IMG/VR virus record: IMGVR_UViG_3300046167_000825 | Location: 1-64,000 of that record | Strand: one strand, 5' to 3' | Length of the DNA: 64,000 nt | Shown: positions 60,001 through 64,000 of the stretch, piece by piece | Layout of the letters: each line of letters starts with the position of its first letter | Position numbering within the stretch: position 1 is the stretch's first letter | The notes under the pieces: model-generated | What the model saw: the letters and a program-made list of their open reading frames with translations, nothing else | Told to the model about the DNA's origin: nothing | Databases searched by the model: none | Program-made: the position numbers and the translations under genes

Positions 60001-61151
60001 AAATCATCGTGGAACTTCACTCGACCAGTGCTTTCAGCCCAAGCGAAGGTTTTCTCATTGGGAAGAACTAGAGCATTGAGTTCGGTTTCATTCCGACACG
60101 CTATCGCTGTGAGATGTGTTCTGCTGCCCATCCGTAGCATCGGTCGATCAGTGTATTCTGGGATGGGGGCAAGGAACACGGGTGTGTCGAGAGTCTTCAG
60201 AAGCGAAGCCATCGCACCATCTGTTTCTTCTTGGAAATCATCGTAGGAATACCAAATGAACTTCCCAATATTAACTACCACAAAGTTTGGGTCAAAGACC
60301 AACTTGTTCCCATTCACACCAACAACGGCATCGGGAGTGTCTAGGTCAGATAAGAAATCATACTCTTCAATACCATCGTCATCAACCACCTTCACTTTCA
60401 ATACAGTTGCTGCCTCCGTTGGGAGAACACCCAACCTCAAGGTCGCTTTCACAGTGGGGTCGGAAGGGTCACCTTTAAGAAAAGACCCAATGTCTAAACC
60501 AATCTTCGGTGTGAGTTCGTAGGTTTCATCGGCAATCAATCGACCCAAGTTAATGATATTTGAGCCTTTATAAGGAAGCCAAGTCTGTTTTTCCCCATTC
60601 CATCCAAAACGAGTTTTGGTGTCATTCTTGACCCAATAGAACCCCATCTCTTTGAGGTAAGACTGATGTGAGAGAAACTGATAGTCATTCGTGAGTAATG
60701 TTTGTCCAGTGGTATTGATGTGGGCGTATGTGCCATCCCAAGTGAAATGAATGTCCTTTTGTAGTTCGGTGATAACTCCCCCCACCAAAAACTGAATGAC
60801 TTCCACCGATTCTATTTCTCTGCCTCTGCGGTTTATTACAAGAATCTTATTAAGAACAGCCCCCTCTTTGAATAACTGCGATTCAACACCTTGAACTAAA
60901 GCATTGGATTGAGATATCCGACCATTGTTCCCAGCCCACAGAAGATATTCCTCTGAGTTTTGACCCCCCTCAATGAAAGCACAACGATACTGACTCCCAA
61001 AGAGTTCTGTTAAGACAGTTTGATCGGAGTTCGACCATTCGTCAAAATGACGGACGACTCCACTGGTCGCAGTGGCTGTTGTTTCTGAGTTGCCAACACC
61101 ACTTCTTGAGGGTCGTAGGACAAAGCCCGATAAAATGTTCTGTATATTCAT
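51021..61151 (-). CDS. Giant (3376 aa) acidic virion structural protein, probably baseplate-associated
   Basis: 10.1-kb ORF with GAGG RBS, downstream of the spike gene; D/E/G-rich, beta-like. Confidence 0.75.
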   Translation of the reverse strand: MNIQNILSGFVLRPSRSGVGNSETTATATSGVVRHFDEWSNSDQTVLTELFGSQYRCAFIEGGQNSEEYLLWAGNNGRISQSNALVQGVESQLFKEGAVLNKILVINRRGREIESVEVIQFLVGGVITELQKDIHFTWDGTYAHINTTGQTLLTNDYQFLSHQSYLKEMGFYWVKNDTKTRFGWNGEKQTWLPYKGSNIINLGRLIADETYELTPKIGLDIGSFLKGDPSDPTVKATLRLGVLPTEAATVLKVKVVDDDGIEEYDFLSDLDTPDAVVGVNGNKLVFDPNFVVVNIGKFIWYSYDDFQEETDGAMASLLKTLDTPVFLAPIPEYTDRPMLRMGSRTHLTAIACRNETELNALVLPNEKTFAWAESTGRVKFHDDLLQKANPDSNLFDVLYYEDAIIYDGVSHNTQPILFPKATELTLQGEDYFLGDASTTPNGLFQSGFLRVPDGTGLLPNALTAEPFPSSSGLVRRIKTVGDEVFFSSSFATKQLEVVASEKDLRWAWRIKKGTVMVCLENGEVRFNTKDRKNLLESGDGVFFRQGFVTPARTINEASIPSRKSEPYEISAMVFSFEINTTKFVCELNYTETLTAKEAALKMNTYSFSSLGETLLDTGLGLFKAYNGRLYLETADKTGSIKIGFGSKEYGSVLLPYKSRDLSGCAVLGFNAGWVVDTTEDICFLNDSGMAFGLFRSPYNKDLESDGDELDFYSTQKTEGFIGDVRQDFFHHLDQTPLKDMKGFSEGVFFNYREGLNQTDLHHYDDIIYQFDDNRFMWVDESTQVNEVLTETPFISLSPNMVVESSFNSYFNKGIWVSNGSTFNALVKDEDYLILDEGQTGTVAIIEPLGEQIAEGFNGVSVGDELTLDPNQISLVSPKDRVKILGGSLEGSYIVQEVLNSKIKVYPQFAEDLSNLNYQIFSGSHSKSIHADKILYPTSHLPSESFIIRLVELVETSVSGGAFFIDVGDAEKYGRDIFFRVGDLTDDSNDYTPTKIGSQLLGNPRNGVYVIDSPLLEREFIQISFGGGEVSYSKGNGNCHFVNVFSSNTGDYIEIGAWGSPIQGEVRFSDEALNNLGGRAYAVPDISDVTLLGHAEFYYSSREVFVPATQVGKVYLVQRAILGQDVQANPIGGALNFTKPLKKGTVVEARYYRADDDGEKLTEEGVVLPQVFDQLPVFRRQKNLTVTEIDPLTGFFKAEIDLEDDTLIADGEVTLWVGARIQTDEYTFEIDPVTNKLMFDGRTAFIVGNPLYSDVFKASYQVYEADGGEQSYTTSNNPIYRPPFRLREEQDTFLLEGDRTEDFVVGGVIWIDGFLLKIEAANYNSTSTEIVISPAPQKEIGSLSPANDSEMLVSGESLFEDLDFWLDILVSYLPADRGMTELTFEGNLTEVIETNSIIQLGDDVFLVGDTELSDEGDFTLVKLQSPLANGYKPDTHPPKVSVRPIFAENDLEFELGDSVPDTYFELVLFEEGGIGKTLIEDVHYEGSPEEGDIRFLDKFQRGLKKGDVLWVSRTALSALSPFFQNGQVVVPYVRASYLHSTLRTPKGFIEGNYFYSQPDAFFTRVVKNDAYLAEVAKDFSQNMNPNGTNGSGTGFSTTPKNFLKGSLGSRGIYKDTLNQDQAARMFIEVYNRIIVGFEQVRETVTGGFIGDRDGKFKFFVGRDNDLTPKGHENPFTGILNPRNVWEEFFNDTLEELSLTRIPLTIEDAIVQPDGGASRDDYVLKGDDLNMSEIRSFLNEQKSYTRNDIDDIVLVGRKGLSFDWARGFWTKGVYKPMGDNHTVSRLFPERTNMFTRTYAGTLIDGDNPYGVFTNGREIDEEWYSTKGSQIGAISNPVQGTIENISDLDIQKRLARGRVYDYSPTGFPEIESALSITIGERPAVVISVVALNQFPTDSKGIPDTSRMVIGGGEIYDASSGDYDLHTPPFNKGDKVFVGYPNGVIYPTYVYIEEVIAGCVLTFQDEDGNAIMDVADFIRTTFEEIDISFGDSLFIGTDDYMPNAPSDPDLDEQAELKGKSDAYSTWWDFALDRKSGQMIDKSFPSKDDDRFDWQKILSQNPPEPYECLEGVTFFYNGDTQPAKLPCLLGQEKNDSGDYTLPYLKSGETELAVLGQMAKAFDFLFDQDALSNNNAVYPNEVVGRNGVLTSEALLTDSVNFLPVNGSYSLRTGLADVRSYDLLLVEPINSNEQSWQGILSVGSVGSNTIGVPRLVSEQSGLLDKYIVDNAMAHVSTVVDGLGNAENGMVILEDAINNYTTFDLSSQTTFSWEGFISWFNQTVDTAVPEGNRNAARLLLIDHPTGAILSELELHHTLNVGVSVDKKIAQNSSPSIIIDIVDMNTVDPVTYPTPNVVLGVQGIGWFDFALIGTPIGGDDTVFFDFTLGLNAFDDSWGGIGTPLNEEAYTGSFLTTVGADRLKYDLGLGGCASTVRDTVHPNDNSLVLETSLYVGRVEHEYGSDIGDGYPMTYINGTNSINGATPFTFLTEDFTVPSWEGVQNTPLNINGVRFSAMASSDENTTSIICDGEGYVSDGFLAITSDIGNQDTTMVNPYTAIPLTLINGVIENIVEGDVLVIQSLTKTAVTSGSYVIKNVVAPSDPLNPYGEQRTKTGIRFGTQNTLDSGFAKVETHDLTSITLKNIRVRDFFDTGDGNRTCFPSTGSIFVEKETEVYEFVYTSIAEIEVINGFGSCIFTISTVTLDGNPTTMGDVSGITNLKSFGATRFDFMEMLRGYEEVDPTTLMGLEELIITNDTGSQTYTFAGGEFNANATAANKIGVFEAPINTTHGTFSENRVFTEGVPSHIDISEVLPINGEGYIKDGNTFDITQKDLAGIFIEPTTPIPVQDLGEAEPRVVTNSLSMDDTNVGMRSIGDFTVSTAYPNGSDTLAFYEKVKFSVRRVRRWHEIQDKLNEPLHLLPPIYFKRKGSVVSYVSDRSLELSDVYLFGVLGLSGVNRGDTLRILKDGLLIEEHILSGASSFPNKVSIRDEFLTEDLAINPTNYTFEIYLRQGMIPHEQSWDELLDIMTKKVIKTGNDGQCVVRNNLVGADFVGVQEGDLIIIDPHAEGYRPMGDRGVFGRTGFVEGLPSELDDNRGFYRVEENNSTSLKVNPLNEFAGSSDNPVTFGSVGQEYAIYPTMNGTFPTSTPSPDGEDEGQNDLRPTAPYDLVNEWEGYSSLEPFSYKIIRPTGLFSEEMIDLVLTQRERTLSWMEEILEPSRKNKAGSYHIFQLEDHILEIDDPTDTSRGYGLVSNALMESLGGIRNVSPFLNTSDCLSVQDRRYWCGEYNLDYETPLDPALTTPFASFERDGTVLVTGSGRPHLVDRLDDILDSSDRLRNLRYTWISFRTNKSNGTLPSANRARGILEKDLKDEQELINIKKSVENL

Positions 61152-61211
61152 AAGTCCTCATATATTAGTATTTGGTAGTAGTTTTGAGGTTAAATGTTCA
61201 AGTGTGAGCAG

Positions 61212-61793
61212 TTATCTCATAAAGAGAGTTGTGACTCCCCCACTAGGGATTGGACTCACTGTACCAGTGACACCACTTGTCCCTACACCCGTGAAAAGAA
61301 TAGAAGAAACACCGACACTGATGGCTCTCGATAACTTTATGGTGTCACTCCCCACTATACCTAACGAGGTGAAAGACCCCATGAGAATACCTTGAAGGGT
61401 TTTTTGATTGGCTCTTATCACCTTACAGACATCAACCCCCGTACCGACACCAGCCGAAGAACCATAGTATTCCCCCGTTGTGTTTATGGCACTTGACACC
61501 CCAGTAGCGATAGCCTTTGCTAAACGGAGAGCATCTACCCCTTTCAAGCCATTGGAGGCAAATGCCCCCACCATAGCACTGATTAAGGGAGCGACCACCA
61601 CCTTACCCGTTGGGATAACTCCCACACCGAGAACACCCGTTGCCACCCCTTGTAACTGAACATTGGCTGGTATCACCAACCATGTCTGTACGCCTTTGCC
61701 GATGGCAGACGAGAGTTTAAGCCAGTCCTTGCCTTTGAGATTGGGATCAGCCAATCTTATCTGTTGTGTGATTTGTGTTGCTGTCACAGCCAT
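61212..61793 (-). CDS. Gly/Ala/Val-rich protein following the spike
   Basis: Three L[SA]xAIxxGV repeats; coupled to the spike stop codon. Confidence 0.65.
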   Translation of the reverse strand: MAVTATQITQQIRLADPNLKGKDWLKLSSAIGKGVQTWLVIPANVQLQGVATGVLGVGVIPTGKVVVAPLISAMVGAFASNGLKGVDALRLAKAIATGVSSAINTTGEYYGSSAGVGTGVDVCKVIRANQKTLQGILMGSFTSLGIVGSDTIKLSRAISVGVSSILFTGVGTSGVTGTVSPIPSGGVTTLFMR

Positions 61794-63064
61794 TATTTGA
61801 GCCTATGTGTTGGAGAACCTAGAAGACCAGATGCTGAGAAGGGTAACCCCGTCAGAGGATTGATTGACCCACTGCATAAGATGCCCCCCGTTGTACCACC
61901 AGTGGCTTTCAGTTGTACCACTGAGCCTTGTATCTTGGCGATCCCTCCCGATTTTATCGTCACCTTACCCGTTGCCGTCATCTTGATACTTGCCCCAGCC
62001 AACACTTTTAGGGTTTTGGGGACAGTGGTATTGAGATTGCTGTTATTTAGAGTCATATTGGAAGCACCCACTGTGTTTTTGATGCTCCCCGTTGTGACTG
62101 AGTTCGTGATTTTACCATTCCCTAAGATTCTTTGACGGAAAGACCCACCCGTCTTGATTGTTTTGGTTTGTCTCCCAGCGAGAATATTATATTCGTCTAT
62201 GTTGGCAGTGGGGGATGGGATAGTTGTCGTGAGAGATGTTTCACGGAGAGGATAGTTGCTCGGCAAACCGTCCTTTGGCCCACTGAAAGAGGTCTGCTCT
62301 TGTCCCGTCACAATCTTATTGACGGTCTTCGAGTTGACAGACACTTGGTCAGTGTTCACCTCGAAGGTGTCTTTAGGGGAAACAGCGAACTTGGAGAGTT
62401 CAGTGAAGACCACACCATTGGTCGCTGAGAAAACAATGGATTCATTACTAGAAATCCCTACATTTCTAGTGCCTTGTATTAGAACGGACAGTGGCAGATT
62501 GTCTGGATCATCGAACTGGGAGGGTTCATTGATAAGCCCCTCGCCTTTAATTTCGATTCCAGAATCTTGTGCAATGAGAGAAACCCCGACATTCTTTTCA
62601 CCATTGCCTCCCGCTTGCACTTGGAAAGCACCCTCACTCTTTGAGAGGAAAGACACTTTCTGAGAGTTGCTCCCTAGTTCGATTTGAATACCACTCCCAA
62701 AGCGAACTTCAGCAGCGAAGTCTTTATCGCCATTTCTTCGACCAGTGACATTGAGAAAGGCTCTCCCGTTTTTCCCTACTGCAAACATATACGGTGTGGG
62801 ATCGATATTGGGTTTTTCGATAGGGGGTGTAATCCTCGTCAAATAAGCGAGATGCTCTGATATATCCTTTTTGGAGGCATCTATAAGTGTGGGTTTCGGA
62901 AAGATTTTGGCTGTGAGAGGTTTCCCATAGAGGTCTGGGTCGCTCCTATCATTTGAGATGACCGTCCCCATAACTTGTTCAATGAAGGGCATTTCGGTTT
63001 CGGGATCAACGCCCACATCTGTCTGTTCTGACATTGGGAGTGTGCCATCACTCGTGTGAGTCAA
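61793..63064 (-). CDS. Central spike (gp5/GpV-like), C-terminal beta-helix part
   Basis: Short beta repeats (SIKMTATGKVTIKSGGIAKIQGSVVQL); Cys/His tip; probable continuation of the next ORF by frameshift. Confidence 0.7.
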   Translation of the reverse strand: MTHTSDGTLPMSEQTDVGVDPETEMPFIEQVMGTVISNDRSDPDLYGKPLTAKIFPKPTLIDASKKDISEHLAYLTRITPPIEKPNIDPTPYMFAVGKNGRAFLNVTGRRNGDKDFAAEVRFGSGIQIELGSNSQKVSFLSKSEGAFQVQAGGNGEKNVGVSLIAQDSGIEIKGEGLINEPSQFDDPDNLPLSVLIQGTRNVGISSNESIVFSATNGVVFTELSKFAVSPKDTFEVNTDQVSVNSKTVNKIVTGQEQTSFSGPKDGLPSNYPLRETSLTTTIPSPTANIDEYNILAGRQTKTIKTGGSFRQRILGNGKITNSVTTGSIKNTVGASNMTLNNSNLNTTVPKTLKVLAGASIKMTATGKVTIKSGGIAKIQGSVVQLKATGGTTGGILCSGSINPLTGLPFSASGLLGSPTHRLK

Positions 63065-64000
63065 TTCAATGCGATGTTCGGTGAGGTTTTCTTCCAGTTC
63101 GTTGTTGATTCGGTAAAAGATTTACCCCCATACACGGAAGGGTCATTATCGAAGGGATATACTTGGATGTAATCCTCATCAATCATCCCTAGACTTTGAA
63201 GGAACTTGAAGGGATTGAGATCCTCAGAGAACAAATCCGTGTTGAGATTCCCATCCCCATCAACTTCAAAGATGTCATTGGGAGTTAGAATCCCTAGTTC
63301 TGCCTCAGATTCTTGGAGAGCGAGAACTCTGAAGTCTGAGTCAAACAAACTGTACCCCGACCAATCATTACCATCAGAGAACATTTGAGTGGGGAGAGAG
63401 AAGGAATCCCTTTGGACAACACCACTGTAAGACCGAACCCCCGCTTGCACATTGAACAGATTGACACTTTGCGTGACAATACTTTGGTCGGCATCTCTTA
63501 TATGTATTTCATTGCCCCTTCTGTTTGTGAGAAGGACACTTTCGTCTAGGATTAAATCAGAACCAGAAGACGAACTAGCAAGGATATCCCCAGAGTTCAT
63601 AGAGCGTAGTTTATGGCGAACTCTGTTGTATGCCCCCTCAAAGAACTTAGCCCTCTCGTCATTCATGTCATATTGGTCTTGTTCAAAGGGTTGGGACATC
63701 ATCCAATCTTTCCCCATCGACAACCCAGCCCCAATCCAGTTCAGAACTACGGGTCTTTTTGAACCACCCTCCATTGTCCAACCAACGACAGCGAAGTCCC
63801 CAATCTGAGGCATACCCCCCAAAAACATCCTATTACCGATACAAGGGAAGGAGATGGGGATGGGTGTTCGATTAGACTCCGACCCGTTTTTAATACGGAG
63901 GAAGACATTCATATCCTCGTGGTTCACTTCAATCACTTCAGCAATTCGGATAGCCAAATAACCAATCGAATGGGGGTTTTCCGAATCATCTGCCGTTGGA
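63061..64000 (-). CDS. Central spike N-terminal OB-fold part (5'-truncated by window; probable frameshift near 63115)
   Basis: AEVIEVNHEDM..FLGGMPQIGDFAVVGW..PVVLNW is GpV/gp5 OB-like; frame open to the window end. Confidence 0.72.
   Translation of the reverse strand, partial: PTADDSENPHSIGYLAIRIAEVIEVNHEDMNVFLRIKNGSESNRTPIPISFPCIGNRMFLGGMPQIGDFAVVGWTMEGGSKRPVVLNWIGAGLSMGKDWMMSQPFEQDQYDMNDERAKFFEGAYNRVRHKLRSMNSGDILASSSSGSDLILDESVLLTNRRGNEIHIRDADQSIVTQSVNLFNVQAGVRSYSGVVQRDSFSLPTQMFSDGNDWSGYSLFDSDFRVLALQESEAELGILTPNDIFEVDGDGNLNTDLFSEDLNPFKFLQSLGMIDEDYIQVYPFDNDPSVYGGKSFTESTTNWKKTSPNIALN

Noticed and set aside
1-64000. Stop-codon reassignment
   Set aside because: Very long ORFs are intact in code 11 and TAA, TAG and TGA all end genes; the two breaks are frame changes, not in-frame stops
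1-64000. tRNA/rRNA genes, inteins, DGR or integrase
   Set aside because: No cloverleaf, intein splice motifs, reverse transcriptase or recombinase recognised by eye; not excluded without tRNAscan and HMM searches

Overview
64 kb fragment of a large (jumbo-type) contractile-tailed dsDNA phage genome, standard genetic code, with strong Shine-Dalgarno sites. Most of the window is a virion morphogenesis region. On the + strand lie probable neck/tail-completion genes, an actin-family ATPase, a very long (1585 aa) tail sheath, tail tube, two assembly chaperones, tape measure, two tube-initiator-like proteins, baseplate hub, gp25-like, baseplate-J-like and wedge genes, then a cluster of uncharacterised late genes. 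A - strand block (spike, 3376-aa acidic structural protein and neighbours) converges on it at about 47.1 kb. Interspersed are small accessory genes behind a repeated 30-bp promoter cassette, a DUF5131 radical-SAM gene, a Zn-finger/NUMOD3 endonuclease and two Hc1-like (histone H1-like) genes. The main unexplained signals are: (1) a recurring upstream motif ATAA-N6-TATA at nine structural/late genes; (2) short shared peptide tags (RVAxR[YH] and LIRLAYEKPELRSKILPLL) with [KR]-x-A junctions on otherwise unrelated late proteins, a possible capsid-cargo addressing system; (3) a phage actin inside the structural operon, with a phased 200-bp TGCA repeat element nearby; (4) two structured intergenic RNA candidates; (5) two single-base frameshifts, in the hub and spike genes. 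All product calls come from motif recognition and gene order, not database searches.
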